This document shows, one piece after another, positions 26,421 to 41,625 of a stretch of DNA of 64,000 bases. Within the stretch, counting starts at the first letter, position 1. Each line of letters begins with the position of its first letter. Origin of the DNA: Octopus sinensis. Its lineage: Eukaryota. The position numbers and the translations under genes are program-made. The stretch is from the NCBI RefSeq assembly GCF_006345805.1, contig NC_043012.1, positions 15,934,001 through 15,998,000 of the forward strand, written 5' to 3'. The notes beneath the pieces were generated by a model. It was not told where the DNA came from. It ran no database searches and was given only the letters and a program-made list of their open reading frames with translations.

Positions 26421-27840
26421 ATATAATAGCTGTGTCACATGAAGATCTGCTGTGTCTATGGTGAGGGTGTCCAGAGGCTGTTCTCTTCTACTTGCGAAAA
26501 CCTGGACAACTACAATAATTATCAAAATCATATTGCATACTAGCAGGTCTTCCAATAACAGCATTTCATACTTTCGTAGAACTCAATGTTATGAAGAATA
26601 CCTTTCTTTCGCACTACCTATTTTGCGTGCATGTGTGCATGAAAAGGCGCTGGCTATATACGTTTTCTGTCATGATCAGTTTTCCAACCAGATCTTTTGA
26701 TACGTATTTATAATCTTCTCTAAGCACTTCGTGTGTATTACGTCTTCTTTCTTGATTTAAACTACTTCTTCAATTAGTGTTCAATTACATAGAAAAATAG
26801 AGAAATCTTACTGAAACTGTATTTTGTCAATTTTAAAACTTTTATCCAATTAGAAGACGCTATTTAAAAAGTAATTTATAGTCAACTACATCATTTTGAC
26901 TTCAAATTTTTGTAGACAAAACCGTTTTGGCATTTTGTGCTTCTGCACAAAAATGTGTTAGATTAACTTTAATTATGTGATTATTTCGAAAGAATTGAAA
27001 GGAAAAAAGATAATATGAATTGACGCGGAGAGATAGAAATATTAGATAAAAATTGATGTTTTAGACACCCGAATGTTCTCATACATACACACATACCTAC
27101 ACACACGCACACTCGCACAAGTAAATTATTTCCAAGCGGTTGATAATACTTGCCCAAATTGTTTTATATGTGGAGAGGATATTAGAACATGTTCATGTAA
27201 AAAAAAAACCTTCAGTTAAATATTTTACAAATGATCGGAATAATAAAATCTTTAATGCTTTTGAGTCTGAGTAAGAGACTGATTCTGTTGCTCTCAGAAT
27301 CGAAGCGTTAAAAAGATGATACCTACTAGGCGGGATTTTAAAATCGAAATTATTAATGTTTTTAACTTAGGAGTATATTCTTGTTAAGACCATGCACCCA
27401 TACGCTGACAGATCCTCATCAATGATTGGAGGTAGTGGTCGTGGATGAATGTAATACGGTGAATGATCCCTGAATCCTGCTTACAGAGCATGAGATATAT
27501 TGATAGATAGATAGATAGACAAAGAGAAAGTGATAGAAAGAAGGGAGAGAGAGAAAGAGAGAAAGTGAGAGGTGGGGTTAGTATTTCAATGATTCTTTAT
27601 TTCACCGACTACACGAAGCGGAAATCCCAAGTTGACCTACCCAGAATTTTAATTCAGAAAGTGAAGCACAGGATCGAATACTGCAAGGGATTTGTCCAAC
27701 ATTGTAACAATTTCTTGCAGCCGAGCGCAAAATAATAATTATTGCATTTTTTCATTGACCATTAACTGTGAATGACTATCCCTAGGTGTTTTCATCGGAC
27801 AGAAACATAGACAGTCAAATAGTTAGGAAGGGATATACAT

Positions 27841-27878
<38 letters not shown>

Positions 27879-29353
27879 TAAGAGGAACAGAGAGAGAAAG
27901 AGAGAGTGCGCGCACTTGTGTTTTTGGGGTGGGTGTGCTGTACGTATCAGTTACTTTAGTATTTGAATCCAATTGGTTAAATATGAAGTTCAATATATTG
28001 CTGTCAATATCGTGAATAAAAGAAACATTAATGATCAAATGTCCCTCGGGAGATTATCATTTACATTTTTTTTTTACTGATATATCAAAAATAACTGGTA
28101 AAAAGGAAATTGTTAAAAGAAAACTTTAAAAGAAACGGTGCAAACAATATTTCAGAAAAGATCTACCTCTGGTTTCGTTTTCATATTGTTTAACAAATCA
28201 TTTTTTGGCAAACGTTCATTGAACTTTTATATCGTTACTTATTTCCCCAGAATACGTCTTCGGGCTTTGTTTAAGATCTTTCAAACAAATATACTTGTTT
28301 TTTGATGTAACAGCGTTTTTCTTATCCTGTTTTCTTTTTATAACTTTGCTTGTTTAGTTACTTTTTATCGGTTCCTTTAGTTCATTTATCTTTTTTTTGT
28401 TTCGCTGTTTTCGATTTTTACATTTTCTTATTACGTTCCTGTTAGTAAAGCTATATCAAAACTGTTAGTCCAAAAATAAACGTTTTTTCTTCTGAGAATT
28501 AACAAATTTAGTATTATTTAAAAATAGTAGATTTTTCGGTAGACCGAAAACTATTTCCTTCGATTTTATATATTATTGATTTCTTTTCAAGTGATATAGC
28601 GTTCATTAAAGTTATAGAAAATGAAAAACATACTCTTGTTGGTAAAAATGCATCAATTACCACCATATTAAAAAAACAGCGAAAATATATTATCGGAGGT
28701 TAGATGTTCATCATACATGACCTTATAACATTCCTCAATATAATGATGTGCACAAAACGACGCGCATTATGCATGCTGTTACGAGAAGGATCAAATTACT
28801 TATGCTGTACCAACCACGCAAGCATATAATTGCTTGCAAACGTACATTTGGAACGCAAACTCTACAAGTATCAGTAACATATGATTCATCTAAACGACGT
28901 ACACTGAACAGATTCAGAATAAGAGATAGATAAGTATCTATATCTTTCTGAATGTCATTTCTACTTACAACATTAAAATTAGCTTGGGAATATGTGGCCT
29001 GCGTTCTATAGTTCATATCTGACATGCTTTAGGAATTGATCAAGAGGAGAAGTTTTATCTCACCTGAATTAAAATTCAAGGGTATTTTCAATAATATATT
29101 TAATCAATTGTCTTTATTATTTTATACACATAGCAATTTCAAATACTGCTCATATGCTGGTATATAATTTACACGGCTACATCTGTATATATAATTATGC
29201 ATTACATTTTCATTTATCAAGAAACGCACGTCTCCGATCTTTACATAACTATGCTTGTCACACTACGTGCACACATCAATTCATATATACATCACTGCAC
29301 ACACTCACACACATACACACACACACACATACACACACAAACATGATTACACA

Positions 29354-29391
<38 letters not shown>

Positions 29392-29409
29392 ATTATCTAT
29401 CTATTATCT

Positions 29410-29490
29410 CTGTCTTTTACTTGTTTCAGATATTTGACTGCGGCCATGCTGGAGTAACACCAGCATGGTGGTCAAACAAATCGACACTAA
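29410..29490 (-). mobile_element. 3' tail fragment of SINE family B
   Basis: Minus strand CTCCAGCATGGCCGCAGTCAAATATCTGAAACAAGTAAAAGA. Confidence 0.7.
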
Positions 29491-29561
29491 GATTTATTTT
29501 TGAAGAGTTATTCTTTCGCGGAAGAGGTGCTGGGGGAGTAGCATATCGCGCGCACACACAC

Positions 29562-29598
<37 letters not shown>

Positions 29599-29617
29599 CA
29601 TATATATGTATGTATAT

Positions 29618-30084
<467 letters not shown>

Positions 30085-30123
30085 ATATATATTATATATA
30101 ATATATATATATGTTGTATATAG

Positions 30124-30159
<36 letters not shown>

Positions 30160-30162
<3 letters not shown>

Positions 30163-30320
30163 GACGAGCTTCTTTTAGTTTCCGTCTACTAAATCCACTC
30201 ACAAGGCTTTAGTCGGCCAGTAGTTACAGTAGAAGTAATTGCCCAATGTACCACGCAGTGGGACTGAACCCGGAACCATATAGTTGAGAAGGAAGCTTCC
30301 TGCCACACACCCACGCACAT
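30160..30320 (-). mobile_element. SINE family B, 5' half
   Basis: Reverse complement of ~10580-10740. Confidence 0.8.
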
Positions 30321-30419
30321 ATTTACATGTTGTTATTTATAGCGCTTTATGTGCGGTGAAATATTCCCAAATAAGATTTAGTTCACGTACTCCTGGAAGT
30401 TTATTTAATCTTATGACGT

Positions 30420-30550
<131 letters not shown>

Positions 30551-30560
30551 ATATATATAT

Positions 30561-31741
30561 ACAATCAAGGAACGGCCATAATAGGCCATTCACCCACTAG
30601 AAATAACAGCCAAAGCTTCAACCGCAATAAAAGTCAATTCCGTAAACAGGAGAAAATTTTAAAAACATTTAACTGTAATTTCTTATACGATGCACCGTTT
30701 CGTCTGCTGTTTAATGGTAAACTAACCTGATTAAATTAAATCAAACCAATCTTCCATAGGCCCTCAGATCTCAGTTGTAAGAAATAGCCACAAGTCGGAA
30801 CAGATATTTTCACGAGGCATTTCCGACCCTGCCAAGTTAATATCTGACCTAAAATTTTCAAATCATCGCACTCGCGCCAATTTATCGGCAGGAAATAAAT
30901 ATAAGCCGTCGATTCCATTACGGAATTAACCAGAAAATTCATAATTAATCAATATAGGGTGCCAAAAAAAAATTTTGTAGATTTTTTTGCCACCAGCGGC
31001 CTAGTGGGAAAAATTAAATAGTCATAGACCATTTTTAAGTTCAACATCAACAATCAAGGAACGGCCATAATAGGCCATTCACCCATAGAAATAACAGCCA
31101 AAGCTTCAACCGCAAATAAAAGTCAATTCCGTAAACAGGATTGTTTGATGTTGAACTTAAAAATGGTCTATGACTATTTAATTTTTCCCACTAGGCCGCT
31201 GGTGGCAAAAAAATTCTACAAAATTTTTTGGCACCCTATATTGATTAATTATGAATTTTCTGGTTAATTCCGTAATGGAATCGACGGCTTATATTTATTT
31301 GCTGCCGATAAATTTGGCGCGAGTGCGATGATTTGAAATTTTAGGTCAGATATTAACTTGGCAGGGTCGGAAATGCCTCGTGAAAATATCTGTTCCGACT
31401 TGTGGCTATTTCTTACTGAAGAATCTGAGGCCTCCTATGGAAGATTGTTTGATTTAATTTAATCAGGTTAGTTTACCATTAAACAGCAGACGAAACGGTG
31501 CATCGTATAGAAATTACAGGGTAAATGTTTTTTAAATTTTTCCTGTTTACGGAATTGACTTTTATTTGCGGTTGAAGCTTGGCTGTTATTTCTAGTGGGT
31601 GAATGGCCTATTATGCCGTTCCTTGATTGTTGATGTTGAACTTAAAAATGGTCTATGACTATTTAATTTTTCCCACTAGGCCGCTGGTGGCAAAAAAATT
31701 CTACAAAATTTTTTTTTTTTTGGCACCCTATATTGATTAAT

Positions 31742-31742
<1 letters not shown>
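30561..31742. repeat. 489-bp unit in tandem, then inverted (large palindrome) inside (TA)n tracts
   Basis: Unit 30561-31049, restart 31050-31140, inverted full unit ~31139-31630, inverted partial 31631-31742. Confidence 0.92.
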
Positions 31743-31807
<65 letters not shown>

Positions 31808-33159
31808 GTATATATTATATAATATACAATTAATATATACATGTATGTGTGTATAAATGCATGTATGTACATGCATAGGTGTATATGCATAGATTTACAC
31901 AATCGCATAAACACTTACATTCACTTATTTGACATGACCTTATCAACAATAATCAATGACGCCATTTTATGTTTGGGTTCGTTTCATTTCCTTGATCTTC
32001 TATGTTTTCTATTCAACAGGCAACAATAAATCGCTTATAGATGAATAATTAAATCGTGAAATTGCTAAATCTACGACTGTTTGGTTGTGTGTTTGTTTGG
32101 TCGTATTCTTCTGAGTGCAATAATTTCCTGCGTCATGCCGTTCTACTTAAGCGACCTGTCAGTCTTGACATTATTATTTGTGACGAGTTTAATGAAAATC
32201 AGGAGAAAATAGCTACAATTATGAACATTTACACAAATACTTCTTATATACATACATGCATACACACACATATGATCATACACATACACACACACACTAT
32301 TTGTATGTATGTATTTGTGTGTCTATTCACATATGCAACTACATGATAGGACTACGTGAAAATAAATGCATGTGTTTACATATACAAGATGCGATAAGAA
32401 ACAAACATTCTATATATATATTTACGCAAACAAACACACACATGTACACACACATGTACACACACACACGTACACATGGACCGGTTACTTCCCTTGTCAG
32501 TGTATATACTTTGCGCGCTCTTTACAGCGTGAAGACTTTTAACTCTTATTTCTTGATATACAGGTGCATCAGCACCCTCTATCACAATTAGTCACAATTA
32601 GCACAATCTTTTTCTGACTTTAGTGGTGTCTATAATATTTAGTTGTAGAAAATGTACTGAAATACCACTCAGGTTTACAGTTACGAATTTCTTGTGAACG
32701 CATGTCTGAAAGTTGAAGTTATTACTGACTGACGCATTTCTATCAATATGTAACGGAAATTAATGGAGCGTTGATTGAACGAAGCATCGCCCTACTTCCT
32801 CCTGTTCCTGAAATGTATACAAACTAGTTCTTTTATGATAATAATGATAAAAATAAACAGGTCTACAGACACAGGGTTACTGCTTCCTCTATAATGACAA
32901 TACAGGATCATAGAATTATTAAAATGTCATATGCTTAGCTAATTGAAAATTTATTATTAATACCACGGAAATATTGGTAAGGTGTATCTTCCAGATGATT
33001 GCAAATAAGAATGTGGCAGTCAATAATATAGGAGTTAATTATAGAAATATGCTAAAATATAAGCTGTAATTATTGTACAGTAAAAACATAGACGTTTTCA
33101 GAATAACGTACAACTATTTAACTGTAGGATGTTATACATACATACAAACATACATAGAA

Positions 33160-33191
<32 letters not shown>

Positions 33192-33310
33192 ACACACACA
33201 TACACACACACACACACACATACACACACACACATATATGTATAAAATTAACAGAATGAGATAAAAAAATCATCCAAGGCGGCGAAAGATTTCAGAACAT
33301 TTATAAAGAG

Positions 33311-33358
33311 GTCTTACAGCTGTTTCTGGGATATTTTATATATCTCTTCATCGGAGAC
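33311..33358 (-). ncRNA. Minimal type I hammerhead ribozyme motif (U4C core variant)
   Basis: GTCT-CCGATGA-AGAGATAT ATAAA ATATCCCA-GAAACAGCTGTA-AGAC; palindromic stem III ACAGCTGT, GUA site. Confidence 0.72.
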
Positions 33359-34046
33359 GGTGCGAGAACATGGTTATGCAATAGCTTTTCTAGAGAAGTT
33401 ATGAAATAGAAAGTGATGTGGAGGAATGGAAGCAGGCGTGAGATAAGCAGGGATATTGTATCTGCAGTTCTATTATTTAAGCAGAATGGTATACATATAA
33501 GTTTCCTGTGCCTTGTGTGTAAGTTCTAATAGTATTTAAAATTGGTCATTCCAAGCATAGACTTTGTACACGGTGTTATTGGATCGAAGAATTTTTTAAA
33601 GTGATTTAAAAGTTGGGAATGTGTTTGTAAGGTCAAATCAAAAACAGGAAGAGGGAAAAAAGAGAGAAAAAAGAGAAAAACGGGAGAGAGATAATAAAGA
33701 AATGAAGAGAGGGAGAGCGTACCGGCTAGTGGTCAGTTAGGATAAATTGATAGAAGGAGATGGGAGGAGAGGGTGAGAGAGAGAGGAATGAGAGCGTAAA
33801 GAGATGAGAGAGTAAAGAGTGTATATATCCACGCTTCTACAATTCATTACACATAAATGATACCATGGCTTTCAAATGTAAAAAAAACAACAAATACCGG
33901 GTAAAAATCATATACAAAAAAATAAAATAGACAGGACCTGCCCAGAAAACGTATATAAAAATCGATTAAAAATTATCTAAAAAAGCTTATTACATTAAGT
34001 AAATCGAGAAAAGAATATAAAATAGAATTATGCCCAAATATGAAAA

Positions 34047-34443
34047 TCTTTATATATAAAAGTGAGGTTGTGTGCTGTCCGTCTCCTACAATTTAGATTC
34101 CTAACTACTCCCACATTTTGCGGTGCAGTTTAACCAAAACCGGGTATCTTATAGTCGTGATTCATATCGAGCCCTTCTGGGTATTGGCGCGCGTCTACGA
34201 TGAGCCTACGATTTAAAAAAAAAATTACCATCAATTTTTCCCATTTTTAATGCATTTTTAGCATATATAAGGGAAGTAACTCTCTAAAATTTATTATTAA
34301 ATCTCAGAACGTAAAAAGCTACAGTAACACCCTCCCCCTTTGTGGTTAGCCATATTGTGATGGCTATTACACTTTACATCTCTAAAAATGCTTATATAGT
34401 TATTTCCCTTACAAATCCGAGCAACGCCGGGCGATACTGCTAG
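34047..34443 (+). mobile_element. Non-autonomous Helitron (~400 bp)
   Basis: A|TCTTTATATATAAAAG 5' end; subterminal hairpin CCGAGCAACGCCGGG then CTAG|T; no TSD. Confidence 0.82.
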
Positions 34444-35396
34444 TTATATATAAAATGTAAAAGTCATTATAGTCGTAGTCCCTGATAATTGCTGGAGCAT
34501 GATATGAATTCAATCGGATAACTAACGCGAATCGTTCCAAAAGGTAATTTAACATCCAACATCTGTGGCTATTTCGGAAGCTCATTGCTGTTACAACTTT
34601 GTTCATCCTGACAAGGGGGGAGGGGTCATTGCCTAAGATGCGTATAGAGTGCATGGAGGCAACGGCAATGAATTTCCGAAAAGCTTTAGAAGTTTTAGTA
34701 AGAGTCTTCCACCCGGTTTTCGAAACCGCAACTCCAAATCACCATACAATAACACCATACAAACACCAGTTGCCGACATCACCTATCTCTAGACAAACAC
34801 CAGTTGCTGACGTCATCTAACTGTAGACCAATGAATTTTTACCTCCGATCAAAACCGAACTTCAGCAAATACAACAAAATGACCCTTTAAGCGAATCGAC
34901 CAACCGGAACGACTGATGACCGTTCCCCATATGGAAGCCAATCAGGCAGAACGACAAGCTTGACCACCGAAGAAACAAGTTGTCACCAGTTGTAATTTAA
35001 CGAATGAAAACAATCAGATCCGCTCGCGGAAAAAATTATAAACACACCGGATTCCAAAACACACCGTTACAAGCGAAAGTTTCTCCACACGACGGAGATA
35101 GAATCAGAGAAACTAAACCAAATCTCTTTTTTTTTTTTTACTATGCTCATTTCTCACTTGTTTTTCTCCCTCTTAACTCAGTACGACCTGAAACTTTAAT
35201 AATATTATTTCTTGTCGATCACTACTAACACTAATGAACATTATACATTTAAACAAGTTGATGCACAGTTTTTATATTATTGACTGTTATGAAGAATTAA
35301 ACTCGTCAAGATTGAAACTTTTAAATATGCTTTTCTAATTCATAATTCTAAATTTTTACCATTGTTAAACAAAAAATATTGTTGAAACTAGTTTGG

Positions 35397-35462
<66 letters not shown>

Positions 35463-35469
35463 CATATAT

Positions 35470-35631
35470 ACGACAGGCTTCTTTCAGTTTCCGTCTACCA
35501 AATCCACCCACAAGGCTTTGGTCGGCCCGAGGCTATAGCAGAAGACACTTGGCCAAGATTCCACGCAGTGGGACTGAACCCGGAACCATGTGGTCGGTTA
35601 GCAAGCTACTTACCACACAGTCACTCCTGCG

Positions 35632-35634
<3 letters not shown>
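35470..35634 (-). mobile_element. SINE family B, 5' half
   Basis: Close reverse complement of 10578-10740. Confidence 0.85.
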
Positions 35635-36035
<401 letters not shown>

Positions 36036-36056
36036 TAATATAATGTATATATATAT

Positions 36057-36111
<55 letters not shown>

Positions 36112-36153
36112 TGTATATATATTATATATATATATATTATTATATATATATAT

Positions 36154-37163
36154 AATGACATCATCAAGCACAGCAACATAAAAATCTTTGCAGATGACTC
36201 CAAGCTACAGAAGGTCATAAATGAGGCGAGTGACCGGACATGCCTTCAGTCAGATCTACTGGCTGTTATCCAATGGGCAGAAAAAAACAATATGCTGCTG
36301 AACGAGGATACATTTGAGCTAATCCACTTTGGAAAAGAGGATGCCCTGAAACTCCCATACTCCCTTCCTTCAGGTGAAACTCTCGCGGCGTCCAACAACA
36401 TCAGAGACTTGGGAGTAATTGTGGACAACAACGTAAGCTGGGCCACTCATATAAACACCAAAGTTGACATGGCCCGCAGAATGTGTTCCTGGATTCTTAG
36501 AACATTCCAGTCGAGAGATATCCACACCATTATCCTTCTCTTCTCCACTTTTGCCCGACCCCACCTTGAATACTGTTGTCCACTGTGGTCTCCCCACACA
36601 ATACAAGGTATCATAAAAGTTGAAGCACCTCAAAGGGCAATCACAAAAAAGATAGATGGCATGACAGGCCTCGACTATTGGGGTCGACTAGAAAAGCTAA
36701 AACTCTATTCTCTCCAACGTCGTCGTGAGCGCTACATCATCTGCATGATGTGGAAAATATTCCATCAGCATTGCCCAAATGATGTTGGCATCACCTTTAA
36801 GGTACATCCAAGGCTTGGGCCCCGTGCCATCCGCCCAAAACAAAAATCGCACTCTCATCTCATAACAACAATACGGCACAATTATTTCACCTCAATTGGC
36901 CCCGCTCTCTTTAACATTACACCAAAACACATTAAAACAGAAACTGACCCTATAGGGTTCAAGAAGTCTTTGGACAGATTCCTTCAAGAAATCCCGGATA
37001 AACCCCCTACACCCGGATATGTCTCTGTAAACAATAACTCTCTACTTGAGTGAGCCATAGTGCCCAAATTCTGACTTGAAAGACTTCACCAGGTGGTGCT
37101 ATTAAGTTAGACATGGCCTGGGCCAATAATGGCCGAAACCTATCAAAGTATCAAAGTATCAAA

Positions 37164-37164
<1 letters not shown>
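36154..37164 (+). mobile_element. 5'-truncated CR1/L2-group LINE (second family) with uninterrupted reading frame and (TATCAAAG)3 tail
   Basis: [41 protein letters not shown]; open to the stop at 37053; tandem tail 37141-37164. Confidence 0.92.
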
Positions 37165-37202
<38 letters not shown>

Positions 37203-38699
37203 CAAAGACATGTTATTGAGGGCAGAAATAAAGATTGCATATTGTTTATTTGAATTTTGATGTGGGAATCTGAAATGTAACTGTCAAATAGGTCTTAAGA
37301 TTTCATGATATGAAAGGATTTCATAATAGAATCCACCAGAGGTTTGAAATCATAAGTATTAACAAAAGAAATTTGCAAGAGGTTTTGTGAAACTCATTTA
37401 AAAGAGTGTTTGTAGCTGTTTACATGTCATGTGACCAACACCTACTCTTTTCACATAAATCCTCTTGAGATTATCTGAATAGTTCACGGAATTTAGTGCG
37501 TGATATTGAATGAGAATCCTTAACGTAACACATCATACCAAACAATGGTGTTTACAATGAAGTAAATGTAATCAAGTTTGGTTCGAGGTTTTCAATTTGG
37601 TTTCACTCCCAATTCAAACTATTTCACTTCCATCCAATATCCATTTTCTAATAAATGAATCAAATACGTAAAACTAGAAGTGTCTTTAATTATGCTGGAG
37701 TGAATGAATGCAGATTAGCTATATGTCCAAGTAAGATACACGTTGAAGTATTTCTAACGTGTCTGACTGCATCCAAAAGAAAACCATTCTGTGAATTTGA
37801 AAAATCTTCACTAACCGCTATACTAGAACACCTAACTGTCCCCACTGCTCTTTGGTCCCACTACAATGTCTTATCGTTTCAAATAACTACATCTATATCT
37901 CCTTTAGTCAGACAATCTGTCACATGTTTCTTTCTTCCTCATATCTTTTCTTCTGTGACTCACTTCTGAAATCTGAATTAAACACTTCATCCAGTGATTC
38001 CTTCCCTTTACAAGTGCTGATGTCATGAAATAGACAAAAAAGATTTCCAGCTGAAAAATAAAACATCATCCATGTTATGATTACTGAGAAACAATATTCT
38101 TTCTTACTCATTCTCTTGTTCTTTCTCTTTGTCTCTCTGTCGAACACGTTTTTGTTTAACGAATATACCATACCTTTTACTGTATACACTCCGCCGAAAG
38201 ACCGCTCAGATGAAACAGATATCGCAGTCGTAGCGGAGATAACTCATATTCAAGCATATATTGATATGCTTGTGATTCACAGATCTACTACGCAGTGTAT
38301 ATATTGATGGCATTACAATAAAACAGGATGTCCCATTTTAGAATTAACCAACAAATATACCTTCAGTGAAGATGGTGCTACTGTAGAAAATAGTCGAAAA
38401 TGGAAGAGGGCTTGAGTTATTTCAAACAAAGCTATGTTTCCTCATTTTGATAGTAAATAGGTTCGAATTTGTAAGTAATATTCATAAAGCTATCGAACCA
38501 GTTCGTGCGCATTGTCATTTCTTCTCCTCTTCCAAGTTTTTACTACTGATCTCCATCGGGTGCTGAAAATATTGCGTGGTCCATTCGAGATAAACGAGTT
38601 TCGGGATGGTCTACATACAAGAGATTGAATTCTTTATCTCATGAGTCCCTGTTTCTCCCCACTCCCATCCCCAGCAAAATATTCATTTTCAATATTTCG

Positions 38700-38844
38700 A
38701 TAACAATCCAGTCCTTCACACTTTGTACGAGTCCATACCTCGTAGAATTCAAGCTATACTCACTGCCAAAGGCGGTTTCTACCTCTTATTAAAATAAATT
38801 TGTTTGAAATTTAAAGGTGATTCCATTATTTTGTCCACTCCCTG
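38700..38844 (+). mobile_element. Tc1-like transposon 3' end
   Basis: LYESIPRRIQAILTAKGG C-terminus followed by TIR ..TTATTTTGTCCACTCCCTG|TA. Confidence 0.75.
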
Positions 38845-39116
38845 TAGTTATGCCTTTGAGACACAACAAATGCTTTCACCATCCTACTAGTGATTATTTT
38901 TCTTCTGAAATTAAGAGCTGAGTTTATAGCTTGGTTATTGGGGATGTGTGCAGTTTTGGAATTCTTTAGCTACATACACCCTCAATTAATGACATGCATT
39001 GCTGTATAATTTCGAAATGATTATTATGATGTAATTTATATCATAAGACATACACGTGTATGTGTGAGCATCAAGAACTTGTAGTCTTGAAAAACCTTTA
39101 GACTGAAAATAACATA

Positions 39117-39333
39117 CGAGGCGGGTGCTGAAACATTTCTGGCTTTAAGGGTATCGCGAAAGGCCTGGCTGGAGGACCAACCTTCTGAGTTCTTTCACAG
39201 GTCTTACAAAAACTGAAGGACCGCTGCAATAAGTGTGTGAATCTGAGAGGGGAATATGTTGAATAAAATTATAATTAATTGAACCTCCTCTATTTTCTTT
39301 TACCCAAAGTCCAGAACTTTACAGCACCTTATG
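39117..39333 (+). mobile_element. Mariner deletion derivative (MITE-like)
   Basis: TA-flanked imperfect TIRs (GGTGCTGAAACATTTCTGGCTTT / AAAGTCCAGAACTTTACAGCACC) enclosing LQKLKDRCNKCVNLRGEYVE*. Confidence 0.8.
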
Positions 39334-41414
39334 TATGAGCATGTATTTTATTTTAATTATTCAGAACGTTCTATGACGGAACTTTCTATCGTGACACATA
39401 AGATAAGAAATATATTTCTCTTAACAAATTTTACCCTCGCCGTAAGCTCGTTCTTCCGTATATATGACTCAATAATGTTTGCATATCACGTGCTGTATAT
39501 TCGTTACCTACTTTTCACTCAAGAATGCCATATATACATCTTTCAGCAGTCTGGAAACATTTTCCGGTGGAATATCTGAAACAGAAAGGAAAAATTTGAT
39601 ATATTCCTCAATAAACTGAAATAAATTTATATATTGAGAATGCTTATACATCCGTGGTAATTCGTATTTCATTACATTAGAAACAAAATTACACATTGTT
39701 GCATTTTAGTAATCGGTTTTGTGTTATTTCCCGCAGTAGGATCAAAATTAAATGTAACATTTAACTGTAATACAGATAAAAGATTAAAGTCAATACAGAT
39801 AAATGTTTAAGAAGAAGACGTCATTTTAACCATTCTGCTTCGTTGATAGTTATATTCAAAATCAGTACAATAGCAATAATGTTTTACCTCCAGTAAGGTC
39901 TACCAGACAGCAAAGAAAATATGAAATGGCTAAGATTCTACAAATCAGTCATGTTTGATGTATCATAAAATAATGTTGATTGACTGATGTAAATTAAGTA
40001 TTACATATGCAATAGGAATAAATGCATACCTATGACAATTGTGTACAAATATTTAAATTGATTGTTAAATTCATTTATAAAGCAAATAGTTTTCAAACCT
40101 TCTACACACAAATACATTATATCAGTATACTAAAATTTAATGCGTAATTTAATTTCAAATTTTGGACTTTATATACTTAAATGTGTCGCACACATTCAGA
40201 CAATAATACAGATAGGCACACATGCGCATCTATGTAGGTATACAAAGAAAATGACATAACAAGTAATCGATTCAGAGAATTACCTGGCACTCTTGTACGT
40301 TCTTCTATCTTGCTCTTAGTATATGTTTTTTTATACAGAAACATTTATTATTACGTTATACTTTTACAAATGTGAACATGAATGCCATGGACAATAATCC
40401 TAATAATTCAATGAAAACATAAGTATGTATGTGTGTGGGTTCATACATTAGGCTTTTCATTTTCTATTCTGTATTTTTCGCAAGGAAGGGATATCTTACT
40501 AAGCATGTTAAATAAACACTTTCTCCTCAATTCAAAATATAATTTAAAAAATATTTACATTAATTTGTCTCTGAATCTTAATACAATTTAGCATTTATTA
40601 TCTATTATCATAGATTAATTCAGAAATTTCTGCTCGTCTTCAGTGCAATATCTTTACGAAAACCAAGCATATAAATATTTCTGAAAGACTTTACGAAAGT
40701 AGATAAATATATTTGAATAGATTGATAAATATATGTATTTTTTTGTGGCACTGAAATCATATGTATAGAATTAGAAAGATTTAAAGAATATTTGTTATAC
40801 TATTGGTGAAAATAAAGTTGAAAAGCTGTTGCTTCATTTGAAGTGAGATAGATAGTTAAATATTGCCTGTGGAGTTATAAGTTACTTTTAAGAAGTTTAT
40901 CATTATTTACAATTTTTAGATTGTTTTCAAATTTTAAATTATTTTTGTATCTACGAGTCATAGAAAAAAAGAAGATATACTTTGAAAACCTTTCTGGCAT
41001 TCTTATCTAAATTCTTTCAAATATTTTTATTTATCTAATGTCTAATGCACATCACAACGAAGATGAAGGGAAATTTATGAATACTTATAAAACGCTAAAA
41101 GTTGGATAAAAGCTAAATTCAGAAAAATTATGTAAAATCATAACTTACAGAAATTGAATACATCTTTTTAGTAAAGACTACTTCACGACGAAAGACAGGA
41201 ACCATGTACACAGACTTTTCAAAATTTATTTCCTTCACAAAGAATATAGAAGAACCAAAGAAAAATATATTTATATAGCGTAAGATAATCCAGTAGTAAA
41301 ATTTTGCCTTGCATGTCAATAGAAATGAGTGAAAATTCTTTAAAGACAGTAATTCCATAGACACGTGCGACAGCTTTATTGACGATCCCGCACACACAAA
41401 AATACGCTTAATAT

Positions 41415-41625
41415 TCATTTCAAATTTTGGCACAAGGCCAACAATTTGGGGTGGTGGTAAGTCGATTGCAGCGACTCCAGCTCTCAACTGGTACTTATTT
41501 TATCGACCCCGAAAGGATGAAAGGCAAAATCGACCTTGGTGGAATTTGAACTCAGAATGTGAAGACGGTTGAAATACCGCAAGCATTTCGACCGGCGTGC
41601 TAACAATTCTGCAAGCTCGCTTCCG
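41415..41625 (-). mobile_element. SINE family A
   Basis: GGTACTTATTTTATCGACCCCGAAAGGATGAAAGGCAAA..GAATTTGAACTCAGAA. Confidence 0.85.
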
